From contig CAWIFE010000011.1 in the NCBI GenBank assembly GCA_963835355.1, positions 70,848 to 134,847 on the forward strand: a DNA stretch of 64,000 nucleotides, read 5' to 3'. This DNA comes from an uncultured Acidobacteriaceae bacterium (GTDB taxonomy: Bacteria; Acidobacteriota; Terriglobia; Terriglobales; Acidobacteriaceae). A program made the position numbers and the translations under genes. Below are positions 47,792 to 59,228 of this stretch, in pieces. Positions within the stretch are counted from its first letter, which is position 1, and the number at the start of each line of letters is the position of its first letter. The notes below the pieces were generated by a model, which saw only the letters and a list, made by a program, of their open reading frames with translations, had not been told where the DNA came from and ran no database searches.

Positions 47792-48928
47792 TCAAACGAT
47801 CCAGCCCCCGCCTACCACTTCATCGCCATCGTAAAAGACCGCGGCCTGTCCCGGCGTTACCGCGCGCTGCGGCTCATCAAATGTAGCCTCGACTTCGTCG
47901 CTGCCAGCAGGCTCCAGCGTCGCCCACGCAGGCTCGTGCCGATGCCGGATCTTCGCCTTCACCCGCATCGGCTCCGTCAGCTCCGCAACGCTGATCCAGT
48001 TCAGTTGCCGCGCGTGCAGCGTGCGCGTCCCGAGCTCCGCGTCTGCGCCCACCGTCACGCGATGGCTCGCCGGATCGATGTTGAGCACGTAGAGCGGAGC
48101 TAGACTCGCCACGCCCAATCCCTTGCGCTGCCCCACGGTAAAGTTGTGGATGCCCCCGTGCCGGCCGATCACTTCGCCGCTCGCGGCCACCAGCTCGCCC
48201 GCCGTCTCGGTCGTCGCTTCGCCCTGCTCCTCGAGATACGCCGTGATGAACTGCTTGTAATCGCCGCCCGGTACAAAGCAGATCTCCTGCGAATCCGGCT
48301 TCTCGGCCAGCGTCAACCCGTGCCGCCGCGCGGTCTCGCGCACCTCCGGCTTCGTCATATGCCCAAGAGGAAACAGCGTGCGCGCAAGCTGCTCCTGCGT
48401 AAGACCGAACAAAAAGTAAGTCTGGTCCTTTGCCAAATCCGCAGGCCGCTTCATAATCCAGCGTCCGCGCGCTTCGTCGAACTCGTTCACAGCATAGTGT
48501 CCGGTCGCGATCCGCTCCGCTCCAATGCTCCGCGCCGTCTTCAGCAGTTGATCGAATTTGATGTGGTTGTTGCAGAGAGAGCAGGGAATCGGCGTGCGTC
48601 CCGCGAGATACTCATCGACAAACGGCCGCACCACGTCGCGCTCGAACCGCTCCTCCTGGTTCACCACGTAATACGGAATCCCCAGGTGCTCGGCGACCCG
48701 CCGCGCATCGTAAACATCATCCAAGGAACAGCACCGCCCCGCCTTCGGCGCATCGGGAATCCCGTGCTTTCCCGCCAGCCGCGTCTGATCCCAAAGCTGC
48801 AGAGTCAGCCCAACCACCGTGTTGCCCGAAACGCCGCCGCCATCGCCCTCTCGCGCGAGAATCGCCGCCGCCGTCGAGGAATCCACCCCTCCCGACATCG
48901 CCACCGCAATGGTTGTGCCCTGCTTCAT
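47792..48928 (-). CDS. mnmA: tRNA 2-thiouridylase MnmA
   Basis: VAMSGGVDSS, PIPCSLCN, ATGHY, KDQTYFL, DSQEICF and AVTPGQAAVFY. Confidence 0.97.
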   Translation of the reverse strand: MKQGTTIAVAMSGGVDSSTAAAILAREGDGGGVSGNTVVGLTLQLWDQTRLAGKHGIPDAPKAGRCCSLDDVYDARRVAEHLGIPYYVVNQEERFERDVVRPFVDEYLAGRTPIPCSLCNNHIKFDQLLKTARSIGAERIATGHYAVNEFDEARGRWIMKRPADLAKDQTYFLFGLTQEQLARTLFPLGHMTKPEVRETARRHGLTLAEKPDSQEICFVPGGDYKQFITAYLEEQGEATTETAGELVAASGEVIGRHGGIHNFTVGQRKGLGVASLAPLYVLNIDPASHRVTVGADAELGTRTLHARQLNWISVAELTEPMRVKAKIRHRHEPAWATLEPAGSDEVEATFDEPQRAVTPGQAAVFYDGDEVVGGGWIV

Positions 48929-48943
48929 CGTGAAATGAGCTCC

Positions 48944-50122
48944 CTATCCAACTCTTCCCGCCACTTCCGGCGCGAGCGCCCGTAAGTGTTCCACTGCCTC
49001 TGGAACCACGCGCAACACGTGGTCCACGTCTTCATCGGTCGCCGTTTTTAACAAACTAAATCGCAAGCTGGCCAGCGCTGCGTTCTTGTCCAGTCCCATC
49101 GCCATCAGCACGTGGCTCGGTTCCGTCGATCCGGAATGGCACGCCGACCCTCCGCTCACGGCAACGCCCTTCAAATCCAGCGCGATCACCAGCGCCTCTC
49201 CCTCTGCCTGCTCAAAGTGAATGTTCGTCGTGTTCCCTACGCGCGGCGCGCCCGCGCCATTTACACCGGTGCCGGAAATTGCGAGAATCCCCGTCTCCAG
49301 CCGGTCGCGCAGCCGGGCAACGCGCTCCATCGTCCCATCCTCAAGGCTCTCCATCGCCAGTTCCACGGCCTTGCCCAGTCCCACGATGCCTGGCACATTC
49401 TGCGTCCCGGCGCGCTGGCGCCGTTCGTGACTTCCGCCCACAATCAGCGGCTCCAGCGGCGTTCCGCGCCGCACATACATCGCTCCCACGCCCTTCGGTC
49501 CGTGGATCTTGTGCGCGCTGATCGAGCACAGGTGGCATCCGAACCGTCGCACGTCAAACGCAACCTTTCCCGCGCCCTGCACCGCGTCAATGTGAAAGAA
49601 GGCCTTGGCCTCCGCGGCGATTCTGCCGATCTCCTCCACCGGCTGCACCACCCCCGTCTCGTTGTTTGCCAGCATCACGCTGACCAGCGTCCTGCGGGAA
49701 TCGCCCTGCTGCGTCCCAGGCCTGATCGCACGCCGAATCTCTTCAGGATCGATGAGCCCATTCGCCCGCGGCGCAACAAACGTCACTTCGACACCGCGCT
49801 CTGCCACCCGGTCGGCAGCGCGCAACACAGCCGAATGCTCAATCGACGTCGTGATGAAGTGATCTCCCGGGCGCAGCAGCCCGAAGATCGCCGTGTTGTC
49901 GCCCTCGGTGCCGCCGGAGTTGAACACCACCTCCGCCTCGCGGCAATGGAAAAACCTCGCCAGCGTCTCCCTCGCATGGTCCACGGCCGTACGCGCCTTT
50001 TGCCCCTGCAAATGAATCGACGAAGCGTTTCCAAACTCCTCCATCCAATACGGCCGCATCTCCTCCATCACCTCGGGCAGCAGGGGCGTGGTGGCATTGG
50101 CATCGCAATAAACCCGTCGCAT
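48944..50122 (-). CDS. iscS: Cysteine desulfurase (IscS/NifS group I)
   Basis: YCDANATTP, SGGTEGDN, SAHKIHGPKG and SGGSACHSG. Confidence 0.93.
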   Translation of the reverse strand: MRRVYCDANATTPLLPEVMEEMRPYWMEEFGNASSIHLQGQKARTAVDHARETLARFFHCREAEVVFNSGGTEGDNTAIFGLLRPGDHFITTSIEHSAVLRAADRVAERGVEVTFVAPRANGLIDPEEIRRAIRPGTQQGDSRRTLVSVMLANNETGVVQPVEEIGRIAAEAKAFFHIDAVQGAGKVAFDVRRFGCHLCSISAHKIHGPKGVGAMYVRRGTPLEPLIVGGSHERRQRAGTQNVPGIVGLGKAVELAMESLEDGTMERVARLRDRLETGILAISGTGVNGAGAPRVGNTTNIHFEQAEGEALVIALDLKGVAVSGGSACHSGSTEPSHVLMAMGLDKNAALASLRFSLLKTATDEDVDHVLRVVPEAVEHLRALAPEVAGRVG

Positions 50123-50238
50123 CGCGGAAAATCTCCTGCCTTAAATTGTACGGGGAATCGCGCTTCGGCGCGAACTGTGCCGGCCAACCCAGTTAAAATG
50201 CGAACAATGCACTTCGGAATATTTCTTCGAGTCCTCGC

Positions 50239-51189
50239 GTGACGGAAACGCCAACCCAAACCTCGGCCGCAAACTCATCGGTGAAGCCGCGCATTCTCAT
50301 TGTTGGCAACGCTGGTCAGCTCGGCCGCGAGCTTGAACGTTTCTTTGCCGCCGTTGGCCCCATCGTCGCTGTCGATCGCGAGTCCGTCGATCTCGCCGAT
50401 CCCGATCAGACGCGCGACCTCGTCCGCCGCTCTGCGCCTGACGTGATTCTCAACGCCGCCGCCTACACCGCCGTCGATCGCGCTGAAACGGAGATGGCTC
50501 TGGCCCACGCCATCAACGCCCTCGCTCCTCGCGTTCTTGCCGAGGAAGCCGCCGAACGCAACGCCCTCCTCGTGCATTACTCCACGGACTATGTCTTCGA
50601 CGGCAGCAAGCTGGAGCCGTGGACGGAAGACGATTCACCCGCGCCGCTCAGCGTCTACGGTGCCAGCAAGCTGGCGGGCGAGCGGGCCGTCCAGAACTCC
50701 AGCGCCCGCTACCTCATCTTTCGCACCAGTTGGGTTTACGGGCCGCACGGCAGCAATTTCTTGCTCACCATGCTTCGCTTGGCGCGCGAGCGCGACCGGC
50801 TCTCCATTGTCGACGATCAGGTCGGCGCACCAACAACCTCCATCGAACTGGCCCGCGCAACGCATGCCATCGTCACGGGTGTGTTGGATGGCCGATTTGG
50901 GGAACCGCAAAACTGGTCCGGCCTTTATCACATGACCAGTGCCGGCTCCGTCTCCTGGTTCGGATTCGCTCAAGCCATCTTTGCCCGCGCGTCCGAACGG
51001 CTCGGCGTCAAGGCACCGGAACTCGTTCCGATCGGCACGAAAGACTATCCCACCCCCGCCGCGCGCCCTCGCAACTCCGTCCTGTCAAACGCCAAACTTC
51101 ATGCCCGCTTCGGTGTCGAGCTTCCCGCGTGGCAGTCCGCGCTGGATGAAGTGATCGCTTGTCTTCAGGAGCGCTCGGGCTCAGAATAA
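50239..51189 (+). CDS. rfbD: dTDP-4-dehydrorhamnose reductase
   Basis: GNAGQLG, NAAAYTAVD, HYSTDYVFDG, YGASKLAGE and DQVGAPT. Confidence 0.95.
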   Translation: MTETPTQTSAANSSVKPRILIVGNAGQLGRELERFFAAVGPIVAVDRESVDLADPDQTRDLVRRSAPDVILNAAAYTAVDRAETEMALAHAINALAPRVLAEEAAERNALLVHYSTDYVFDGSKLEPWTEDDSPAPLSVYGASKLAGERAVQNSSARYLIFRTSWVYGPHGSNFLLTMLRLARERDRLSIVDDQVGAPTTSIELARATHAIVTGVLDGRFGEPQNWSGLYHMTSAGSVSWFGFAQAIFARASERLGVKAPELVPIGTKDYPTPAARPRNSVLSNAKLHARFGVELPAWQSALDEVIACLQERSGSE

Positions 51190-52229
51190 GCTGCAAGCAG
51201 CGTCCGCGCAGCGCGAAACGACGTCGTCCGTCCCTCCGCCACGTCGCGCTCCAGTGCCGCAATCTGACTGCGCACCGCCGGATGCGCATCAAATCGCTGC
51301 CGCAGCGCCTGATCGATCATCTCGTGCATCCATCTGCGTTGTTGCTCGCGCCGGCCCGCGGCAAGCCAGCCGTTGTTTCGCGTTAGCTCCATATACTCAA
51401 GCACGAATACCCATAGTTCGCTGATTCCCGCGCCCGTTAACGCGGAGCAGGTCACCGCGCGCGGCGTCCATCCCGACCCAGGCGCCGGAAAAAAGTGCAA
51501 CGCGTTCTGCGCCTCGGCGCGCGCGCGTTCCGCGGCGGCCACATTCGCTCCATCGGCCTTGTTCACCGCCACCAGGTCAGCCAGCTCCATCACGCCGCGC
51601 TTGATTCCCTGCAACTCATCGCCCGCGCCGGCCAGCGTGATCAGCAGGAAAAAATCCACCATCTCGTGCACGGCCGTCTCAGACTGCCCTACGCCGATCG
51701 TCTCCACCAGAATGTTCCGGTAGCCCGCCGCCTCGCACAGCAGCATCGCCTCCCGCGTCCGCTGCGCCACGCCGCCGGCCATTCCCCGCGAGGGTGACGG
51801 CCGGATGAACGCCATCTCGCTCGCGGCCAGCGTCGGCATCCGCGTCTTATCGCCCAGAATGCTTCCGCCTGAAATCTGGCTGCTGGGATCGATCGCCAGC
51901 ACCGCGACCTTTTGCTTCGGCGTCTCGATTAGAAATCCGCCCAATGCCTCAATCAAGCTGCTCTTGCCCGCGCCGGGCACGCCCGTAATCCCCACACGAA
52001 TCGAATCGCCCGCCGCGGCCGGCAGGCAGTCTTCCACAATTTGCTCGGCCACCTCGCGATCTGCCTCGCGGGCGCTCTCGATCAGCGTTACGGCGCGCGC
52101 CAGCACAATGCGGTCGCCACGCAGAATTCCGTCGCGGTACTCTTCACGCGAAAGCGGCCGGTGCCGCTTCGCCGGCTTCGGCGCCTCAGGCGTTCCGCAT
52201 CCCGGCACTTCGCGTAGGGCGCTCTTCAT
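51165..52229 (-). CDS. meaB: Methylmalonyl-CoA mutase-associated GTPase MeaB
   Basis: GITGVPGAGKSS, LAIDPSS...GSILGDKTRM, ETIGVGQSE and GDELQGIKRG. Confidence 0.95.
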   Translation of the reverse strand: MKSALREVPGCGTPEAPKPAKRHRPLSREEYRDGILRGDRIVLARAVTLIESAREADREVAEQIVEDCLPAAAGDSIRVGITGVPGAGKSSLIEALGGFLIETPKQKVAVLAIDPSSQISGGSILGDKTRMPTLAASEMAFIRPSPSRGMAGGVAQRTREAMLLCEAAGYRNILVETIGVGQSETAVHEMVDFFLLITLAGAGDELQGIKRGVMELADLVAVNKADGANVAAAERARAEAQNALHFFPAPGSGWTPRAVTCSALTGAGISELWVFVLEYMELTRNNGWLAAGRREQQRRWMHEMIDQALRQRFDAHPAVRSQIAALERDVAEGRTTSFRAARTLLAAYSEPERS

Positions 52230-52238
52230 TGCGTTCCT

Positions 52239-54371
52239 CTAACCGACCACCGCGGCGCACAGCATCTCCAGAATCTTTTGTGCCGCCATCGGAATCACCG
52301 TACCCGGCCCGTAGATTCCCGCCACACCCGCGTCATACAGGAACCGGTAGTCCTGCGGCGGAATCACGCCGCCCACCACAACCAGAATGTCGTCGCGGCT
52401 CAGCGCGCGCAATTCCGCAATCAGTTGCGGCACAAGCGTCTTGTGGCCCGCGGCCAGGCTTGATACGCCCACCACGTGCACGTCGCTGTCCATGGCAAAT
52501 CGCGCCACCTCGCGCGGCGTTTGGAAAAGCGGTCCCACGTCTACATCGAATCCGATGTCCGCGAAAGCCGTCGCAATCACTTTCGCTCCGCGATCGTGCC
52601 CGTCCTGGCCCATCTTCGCCACCAGGATCCGTGGCCTCCGTCCTTCTTCGCGCTCGAACTCTTCCACCATTCGCCGCGCTTTCTTGAATTCCTCTCCATT
52701 GGCGCTTTCAGCGGAATACACGCCGGCAATGGTGCGCGTCGTCGCCTCGTAGCGCCCCCACACGTGTTCGAGAGCCATTGAGATTTCGCCCAGCGTTGCT
52801 CGTTTGCGCGCCGCGTCCACCGCGCAATCCAGCAGATTTCCCTCTCCGGTTTCCGCCGAGCGTTCAAGCCTCTCCAGCGCCCCGTGCACTGCGCTCGCAT
52901 TCCGCTCGCGCTTCAGATGCTCAAGCTGCTTTACCTGCGCCGTGCGTACCGCATCGTTGTCGATATCGAGCACGGGGATCTCCGGCTCCATGGGCGTTGG
53001 ATACGCGTTCACGCCGACAATCACGTCGCGCCCCGCATCGATGCCTGCTTGTCTGCGCGCCGCAGCCTCTTCAATGCGCATCTTTGGCACTCCCGTCTCA
53101 ATCGCCTTTGCCATTCCACCCAGCCGCTCAATCTCTTCGATCAGGCCCCAGGCGTTGTGCATCAGCTCGTGCGTCAGTCGCTCTACGTAGTACGATCCTG
53201 CCCACGGGTCCACCACATGCGTGATCCCCGTCTCCAGTTGCAGGTAATGCTGTGTGTTGCGCGCGATCCGCGCCGAGAAATCTGTTGGCAGGCCCAGCGC
53301 CTCATCGAGCCCGTTTGTGTGCAGCGATTGCGTGCCCCCGAATGCCGCGGCCAGCGCCTCAACGCACGTGCGCACCACGTTGTTATACGGATCCTGCGCC
53401 GTCAGGCTCCATCCCGAGGTTTGCGAATGTGCGCGCAGCACCAGCGATTTCGGATTCTTCGCGCCAAAGCTCTTCACCAGCTTTGCCCAGATCATCCGCG
53501 CCGCCCTCATCTTGGCAATCTCCATAAAATGGTTCATGCCCACGCCCCAGAAAAACGAGATCCGCGGCGCAAACTCGTCCACGTCGAGCCCGGCTCCAAC
53601 CCCGGCGCGCAGGTACTCCAACCCGTCCGCCAGCGTGTAGCCCAGCTCCAGGTCGGCCGTCGCCCCCGCTTCCTGCATGTGGTAACCGCTAACGCTGATG
53701 CAGTTGAACTTCGGCATCTTCGCCGCGCAGTAGCGGAAAATATCGCCGATAATGCGCATCGATCCCGCCGGCGGATAAATGTAGGTGTTGCGAACCATGA
53801 ACTCCTTCAGAATGTCGTTCTGGATGGTCCCGCTCAACGCCTCCGGCGTCACGCCCTGTTCTTCCGCGGCAACAATATAGAACGCCATGATCGGCAGAAC
53901 CGCGCCGTTCATGGTCATTGAAACCGACATCTGGTCCAGCGGAATGCGGTGGAACAGTGTCTTCATGTCAAGAATTGAGTCGATGGCCACTCCGGCCTTG
54001 CCCACGTCTCCCGCCACGCGCTCATGATCGGAGTCGTAGCCGCGGTGCGTCGCCAAATCGAAGGCCACCGATAGCCCTCGCTGCCCCGCCGCCAGGTTGC
54101 GGCGATAAAACGCGTTCGACTCCTCTGCTGTTGAGAAACCCGCGTACTGCCGGATCGTCCACGGGCGCATCGCATACATCGTCGCGTATGGCCCGCGCAA
54201 ATAGGGCGGAATGCCTGCCGCGTAATTCAGGTGCTCAAGCCCCGCCAAATCCTCACGCGTATAAAAACTCTTGAGCTCGATGTGGTCGGGCGAAAGCCAC
54301 TCGTCGGCTTCGTGCGTCGATGCTTCCACCGCCGCCGGCGTCCAATCGATCTTTGTAAAGTCAGGTCGCAT
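52239..54371 (-). CDS. mutB: Methylmalonyl-CoA mutase, large (catalytic, B12-binding) subunit
   Basis: [33 protein letters not shown] and [10 protein letters not shown]. Confidence 0.96.
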   Translation of the reverse strand: MRPDFTKIDWTPAAVEASTHEADEWLSPDHIELKSFYTREDLAGLEHLNYAAGIPPYLRGPYATMYAMRPWTIRQYAGFSTAEESNAFYRRNLAAGQRGLSVAFDLATHRGYDSDHERVAGDVGKAGVAIDSILDMKTLFHRIPLDQMSVSMTMNGAVLPIMAFYIVAAEEQGVTPEALSGTIQNDILKEFMVRNTYIYPPAGSMRIIGDIFRYCAAKMPKFNCISVSGYHMQEAGATADLELGYTLADGLEYLRAGVGAGLDVDEFAPRISFFWGVGMNHFMEIAKMRAARMIWAKLVKSFGAKNPKSLVLRAHSQTSGWSLTAQDPYNNVVRTCVEALAAAFGGTQSLHTNGLDEALGLPTDFSARIARNTQHYLQLETGITHVVDPWAGSYYVERLTHELMHNAWGLIEEIERLGGMAKAIETGVPKMRIEEAAARRQAGIDAGRDVIVGVNAYPTPMEPEIPVLDIDNDAVRTAQVKQLEHLKRERNASAVHGALERLERSAETGEGNLLDCAVDAARKRATLGEISMALEHVWGRYEATTRTIAGVYSAESANGEEFKKARRMVEEFEREEGRRPRILVAKMGQDGHDRGAKVIATAFADIGFDVDVGPLFQTPREVARFAMDSDVHVVGVSSLAAGHKTLVPQLIAELRALSRDDILVVVGGVIPPQDYRFLYDAGVAGIYGPGTVIPMAAQKILEMLCAAVVG

Positions 54372-54373
54372 CG

Positions 54374-56128
54374 TCAGCTTTTGATCCCCATCCACTCCTG
54401 CCACTTCGTCAACACTTCCACCGGATTGCTGCGCAAGTGCACAAAATCCGCTACCCCAGCCGCCACAAGCGTTTCGGCGTCTTCGGGGTTTCCCGCCACA
54501 ATCACCGGCGTCGTTCGGACCAGCTCCTTTAGTTTCGCCATCAGCTCCGCGGTAATCGCAGCGTATTCCGCATTGGCGCTGCAGAGCACGATCAGGTCGC
54601 CTTCCGCCGCGGCGATCTCCGCACCCTTTCTGAATCGCCGCGTCACGGTCTCGAATCCAGCGCAGGCAAAAAAGTTCGCCGCGAAATTCGAACGTGCTGT
54701 GCGCATCTTCACGTCGCCAACCTCAGCCAGCAATACCCGAGGCGTCAAGCCCGTCAAGGCCGCGTGCCGCTCGGTACGCATGCGCAGTTCCTCATAGGGT
54801 TGCGCTCCCCGCTTCGTCTCGCTCATTCGCGCGGCCTCGACTCGGCCCAGCGCCCGCTCCGCCGTATTCGCGAATTGATTCGTTCCCACCAGCACGCGCC
54901 GGCGCACAGCAACCGCTTTTTCCCTCGCTGCCATCGAACGTCCCAACGTCTGCGCGATCAGCCCTTCCGCCTGCGCCTTCCGGTAGCCGCCATGCGCTTC
55001 GATCTCCTGCATGAGCTTCCAGCCCTCGCGCGCCAGAGAATCTGTCAGCGCTTCAATGAAATACGACCCGCCTCCCGCATCGGCCACGCGGCCCATCCAC
55101 GCCTCATGCTTCAGCAGGAGCTGCGTATTCCGCGCCAGCCTTCGGCTCGCCTCGTCGGGCTGTTTGTAGCACGCGTCAAACGGTGCAACCGTCACCGAGT
55201 CCGCGCCGCCCAGCACCGCGGCCATCGCTTCGGTGGTGGCGCGCAGAATATTCACGTGCGGATCGTATGCCGTCTTGTTCCAGCGCGAAGTGCGCGCCGC
55301 AATGCGTGCCCCGGCTCCCGAATGCATTCCGCCAAAGCTCTCGATGACGCGCGCCCACACCATGCGGAATGCGCGCAGTTTGGCAATCTGGAAAAAGGTT
55401 GTCGAGCCTATGGCAAAGCTGAACTCAAGCGCCGCTGCCGCGCGCTCCGCATCCACGCCGCGCTCCTGCATTGCAGCGATAAAATCAACCCCGGCCGCCA
55501 GAGTGAACCCTACTTCTTCCACTGCCGTCGCTCCGGCTTCCTCGAATGTCTCGCCATGAATCGTAAACGGCACAAATCCGTCCGGTGCGCCGCCGATCAC
55601 CCTCGCCGCAAAGTCAACGCTCGCGGCCGCGTCGCATCCGCTTGAGACTCGCGTCGAAACTCGCGCAGCGCTTTCCCCCTTGCCGAGCCGCTCGATCAGC
55701 AGCCGCAACAGTCGTTCGCAAGCGTGCTCGAAATGAACGGGGATTTCAGCGAGATTCGTGAGGATCGCGTCCAATTCATCCGCGCGCTCAACCAAAAGAC
55801 CGCTGAATGTAATTCCCTCGGCGCCGCCGGCAACTGCGGCGCATGCCGCGCGATTTGCGCTTTCCACATCCGCCGCGTCGATCTCTTCGCGAATCTGCCA
55901 GTCGCCTGTCGTGCGCGTGCCGCGCCGGTAAGGAAACGTCCCGGGCGTCGCTTCCATGCACGCCAGGTCCTTCAAATCCTCGGCGCGATAATACGGCTTC
56001 ACTGCGAGTCCCTCTTCGCTGCGCCAGATCAGCCGTTTCTCGTAATCGGCGCCCTTCAGGTCCCGCGCAATCGCCGATTCCCACTCCGCTGTGCTGACTG
56101 CAGGAAACTCCTCAAGCAAATGATCCAT
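54374..56128 (-). CDS. mutA: Methylmalonyl-CoA mutase, small subunit
   Basis: [34 protein letters not shown] and [10 protein letters not shown]; lacks the DxHxxG B12 motif. Confidence 0.92.
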   Translation of the reverse strand: MDHLLEEFPAVSTAEWESAIARDLKGADYEKRLIWRSEEGLAVKPYYRAEDLKDLACMEATPGTFPYRRGTRTTGDWQIREEIDAADVESANRAACAAVAGGAEGITFSGLLVERADELDAILTNLAEIPVHFEHACERLLRLLIERLGKGESAARVSTRVSSGCDAAASVDFAARVIGGAPDGFVPFTIHGETFEEAGATAVEEVGFTLAAGVDFIAAMQERGVDAERAAAALEFSFAIGSTTFFQIAKLRAFRMVWARVIESFGGMHSGAGARIAARTSRWNKTAYDPHVNILRATTEAMAAVLGGADSVTVAPFDACYKQPDEASRRLARNTQLLLKHEAWMGRVADAGGGSYFIEALTDSLAREGWKLMQEIEAHGGYRKAQAEGLIAQTLGRSMAAREKAVAVRRRVLVGTNQFANTAERALGRVEAARMSETKRGAQPYEELRMRTERHAALTGLTPRVLLAEVGDVKMRTARSNFAANFFACAGFETVTRRFRKGAEIAAAEGDLIVLCSANAEYAAITAELMAKLKELVRTTPVIVAGNPEDAETLVAAGVADFVHLRSNPVEVLTKWQEWMGIKS

Positions 56129-56618
56129 CGCTGCCTTCTCTCACCTGCCCTTGGGGGTCTTCCACCATCTCGATGAGAAACCCAAATGCTCCTTCGTCCC
56201 GCGACTTGGGATGCACAAAGAAAACCGTCGTGCCCCGCGAGCCCTTGCGCGGAGCCTTGTCGATCAGTTGAAAACCGTCAGCCCGCATCGCGTCGAAGGC
56301 GCGCTTTGCGTTGTCCACGCGAAAGGCAACGTGCGCCAGCCCGCCGCGTCCGCCGTTTCTATCGATGAGCTTCTGCACCGGCGAGTCCGGAGATAGTGGC
56401 TCCAGCAGTTGAATCAGATTCGGTCCCTCGCCAATCTGCAAAAGTGCCTCGCGCACCTGATCCCCGCCCCGCACTTCCTCGCGGTGAATCTCCCTGAAGC
56501 CGAGCATCTCGTACGCTTTCACTTGGGTCTCCAGCTCGCCCTGCTTCACCGCGATCGCCACGTGATCCACGAATCTGATCCCGGGAATCCGCTTCAACTC
56601 CTCCTGCACATCGCCCAT
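56112..56618 (-). CDS. mce: Methylmalonyl-CoA epimerase (VOC family)
   Basis: DHVAIAV, IQLLEP, GGLAHVAFRV, FFVHPK and LIEMVE; operon context. Confidence 0.88.
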   Translation of the reverse strand: MGDVQEELKRIPGIRFVDHVAIAVKQGELETQVKAYEMLGFREIHREEVRGGDQVREALLQIGEGPNLIQLLEPLSPDSPVQKLIDRNGGRGGLAHVAFRVDNAKRAFDAMRADGFQLIDKAPRKGSRGTTVFFVHPKSRDEGAFGFLIEMVEDPQGQVREGSDGSFA

Positions 56619-56661
56619 CACGTCCCCTTGCTCTGTTGTCGGCAAGCCGCCTCGCACTCTC

Positions 56662-57048
56662 TCATTCGAGCTCGAGCAACACCTGGTTTAGTTTCACCGG
56701 ATCGCCCACCGCTACGTGAACGCTCTTCACTATCGCAGCGCGCGGCGCGGTCAGGTTCGTCTCCATCTTCATCGCTTCCAGAACCAGAACCAGCTCGCCG
56801 GCTTCCACTGCTTGTCCCGGCCTCGCGTTCACCTTGATCACCAGGCCCATCACCGGGCTGCGGCAAATTCGTCCTTCCCCATCCCACGCTGCTGACTGGT
56901 CCTGCGCGTGTGCCCCGGCCGCATGGGAGTTGTTTGCGTGCGCCGCATGATGCGAAGCGAAGTTCGGAGCCGGTGCGCTCTCCTCATCTTCCAAAACCTC
57001 GACCTCAACCTCGTACGCCTTTCCGTCGATCGTGATCTGAAGCTTCAA
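56662..57048 (-). CDS. Biotin carboxyl carrier protein (MmdC/transcarboxylase 1.3S-like)
   Basis: ITIDGKAYEVEVE N-terminus and LEAMKMET biotin motif. Confidence 0.93.
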   Translation of the reverse strand: MKLQITIDGKAYEVEVEVLEDEESAPAPNFASHHAAHANNSHAAGAHAQDQSAAWDGEGRICRSPVMGLVIKVNARPGQAVEAGELVLVLEAMKMETNLTAPRAAIVKSVHVAVGDPVKLNQVLLELE

Positions 57049-57085
57049 CGTGCCGCTTCCTTTCCTTCAAAATTTATAGCCGCTC

Positions 57086-57535
57086 TTAGCTTCTCGAACG
57101 CGGGTTATGCGACGTCTGCACAAACGCGCGTCCCTGCTGCGCCCAGGCGCCCGCACTGCTCCGTTCCGCCGGTGCCAGTTGCGCCGAGCGAATTTGCGCT
57201 TTCTTGCCCAGAAACGTCGTCGCCGCCGCCGTCAGCACCGCGACAATCTCCGGCTCGGGCAATTCTTTCTTCTGTCCGCCTTCGTTTTCTGTCGCAATCG
57301 GGAGGGCTTCGCTCTCACCCTGCTGTGCCTGCACCGCGTTCAGTCCGCTTAGCTCCGCCACCCGTGCCTGCAGAGCCTTCACAGTCGTGGCCATCGCGCT
57401 CAACTGCCGTTCGGTCTCCCGTTGCCGCTCGGCCACGGCGCGCCGCATCGCGCGCGCCATTGCGGCATAAACTGCCACGCATGCCGCGCCCATCAGCGCC
57501 GTCACCACCAGCCATTCCGTCCAATGAAGCTTCAA
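57086..57535 (-). CDS. Membrane-anchored small subunit (OadG/MmdD-like)
   Basis: N-terminal TM helix, EIVAVLTAAA and C-terminal AWAQQGR; located between the carboxyltransferase and the biotin carrier. Confidence 0.65.
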   Translation of the reverse strand: MKLHWTEWLVVTALMGAACVAVYAAMARAMRRAVAERQRETERQLSAMATTVKALQARVAELSGLNAVQAQQGESEALPIATENEGGQKKELPEPEIVAVLTAAATTFLGKKAQIRSAQLAPAERSSAGAWAQQGRAFVQTSHNPRSRS

Positions 57536-57547
57536 GGTGCGCTCCTT

Positions 57548-59122
57548 TTACAGCGGAATCAATCCATGTTTCTTCTGCGGCCGCAGTTCGCGCTTTCCAT
57601 GCAGCGATTCCAGGGCCCGCGCCAGGTATCGCCGCGTTTCCGCAGGGTCAATGATGTCGTCCACCAGCCGCCTGCCTGCCGCCACATACGGATTCGAAAA
57701 CGTCTCCCGGTAATCGTCCACCAACTCCTTGCGCCGAGCCGCCTTGTCCTCGGCCGCATCAATCTCCCTGCGGAATACGATTTCCGCCGCGCCCTCGGCC
57801 CCCATCACCGCAATCTCCGCTGTAGGCCACGCCACTACACGGTCCGCTCCCAATCCCTTCGAGCACATGGCAATGTATGCGCCGCCGTATGCCTTGCGCA
57901 GAACCACGGTGATCTTCGGAACTGTGGCCGCCGAATACGCGAACAGCAGCTTCGCGCCATGCCGGATGATTCCCCCGCGCTCCTGCTCCACGCCCGGCAA
58001 AAATCCCGGCACGTCCACAAACGTCAGCAGCGGAATGTTGAATGCGTTGCAGAATCGCACGAACCGTGCCGACTTGTCCGACGCATCGATGTCCAGCGCC
58101 CCGGCCAGCACGCACGGCTGGTTGGCCACAATTCCCACTGGCCGCCCTTGCAGTCGTCCAAAACCAATAACAATGTTCGCGGCAAACTCCGGTTGAATTT
58201 CGAGAAAATCCTGGTTATCCACCACGCGCACAATCACGTCGCGAACGTCGTAGGCCACCTTCGGATCCACGGGAACCGTTTCGCTCATCTCCGCGTCGGC
58301 GCGCATCCGCCCGCTAAAAGGCAGTCGCGGCGGGTCCTCCACATTGTTCGCCGGTAAAAAGCTCAGCAATCGCCGGCAAAGTTCGATCGCTTCAACGTCG
58401 TCGCGCGCGATCAGGTGTACCACGCCCGAGTAATGCATCTGCGATAGCGCTCCGCCCAGCTCCTCGGCGCTCACCTCTTCGCCCGTCACCTGCTTGATCA
58501 CCTGCGGCCCGGTGATGAACATCCGCGCCTGCTCGGTCTGGATCACAAAATCCGTCAGTGCCGGGCTGTAGGCCGCGCCGCCCGCGCATGGCCCGCAGAT
58601 CAGCGAAATCTGCGGCACCGTCCCCGACAGCATCACGTTGCGATAGAACACCCGTGCGTATCCGGCCAGGCTGTCGATCCCTTCCTGCACCCGCGCCCCG
58701 CCCGAATCGTTGATAAAGACGAACGGGCTGCCCGTCTTTTGGCTCATGGCCATCATCTCGGCCACTTTGTTGCAGTGTGTTTCGCCCGCGGCTCCGCCCG
58801 CCACCGTGAAATCCTGGCTCGCCAGGTGCACCAGCCGCCCATCAATGGTTGCGCAACCTGTCACCACGCCGTCGGCCGGCAGTTCCTTTTCGGCCATGCC
58901 GAAGTACGTCGCGCGGTGCCGGCTAAACAGCCCGATCTCCTCAAAGCTGCCGCGGTCCACCAGTCGTTCTACGCGCTCGCGCGCCGAAAGCTTGCCCGAA
59001 GCGTGCTGCCGGTCGATCCGTTCCTTGCCCCCGCCCAGTTCAAGTTCTGCGCGCCTCGCCGCTAGCTCCGCAACCTTGTCGCCGATCGTCTTCTTTTTCT
59101 CAATTTCTATTTCTGTCGCCAT
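57548..59122 (-). CDS. Acyl-CoA carboxyltransferase (MmdA/PccB/transcarboxylase 12S family)
   Basis: GKLSARER, DSGGARVQEG, GPCAGGAAYSP, FVDVPGFLPG and KKHGLIPL. Confidence 0.94.
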   Translation of the reverse strand: MATEIEIEKKKTIGDKVAELAARRAELELGGGKERIDRQHASGKLSARERVERLVDRGSFEEIGLFSRHRATYFGMAEKELPADGVVTGCATIDGRLVHLASQDFTVAGGAAGETHCNKVAEMMAMSQKTGSPFVFINDSGGARVQEGIDSLAGYARVFYRNVMLSGTVPQISLICGPCAGGAAYSPALTDFVIQTEQARMFITGPQVIKQVTGEEVSAEELGGALSQMHYSGVVHLIARDDVEAIELCRRLLSFLPANNVEDPPRLPFSGRMRADAEMSETVPVDPKVAYDVRDVIVRVVDNQDFLEIQPEFAANIVIGFGRLQGRPVGIVANQPCVLAGALDIDASDKSARFVRFCNAFNIPLLTFVDVPGFLPGVEQERGGIIRHGAKLLFAYSAATVPKITVVLRKAYGGAYIAMCSKGLGADRVVAWPTAEIAVMGAEGAAEIVFRREIDAAEDKAARRKELVDDYRETFSNPYVAAGRRLVDDIIDPAETRRYLARALESLHGKRELRPQKKHGLIPL

Positions 59123-59228
59123 GTCCGCACCTGGGAAACTCTGCGTCGAGCCCGAAGAACGCTTCCGGAAGGCGCAGAAAACCTTCCTCGCACCGCCGTC
59201 ATTCTATGCCCCGAACGGCATCGCCAGA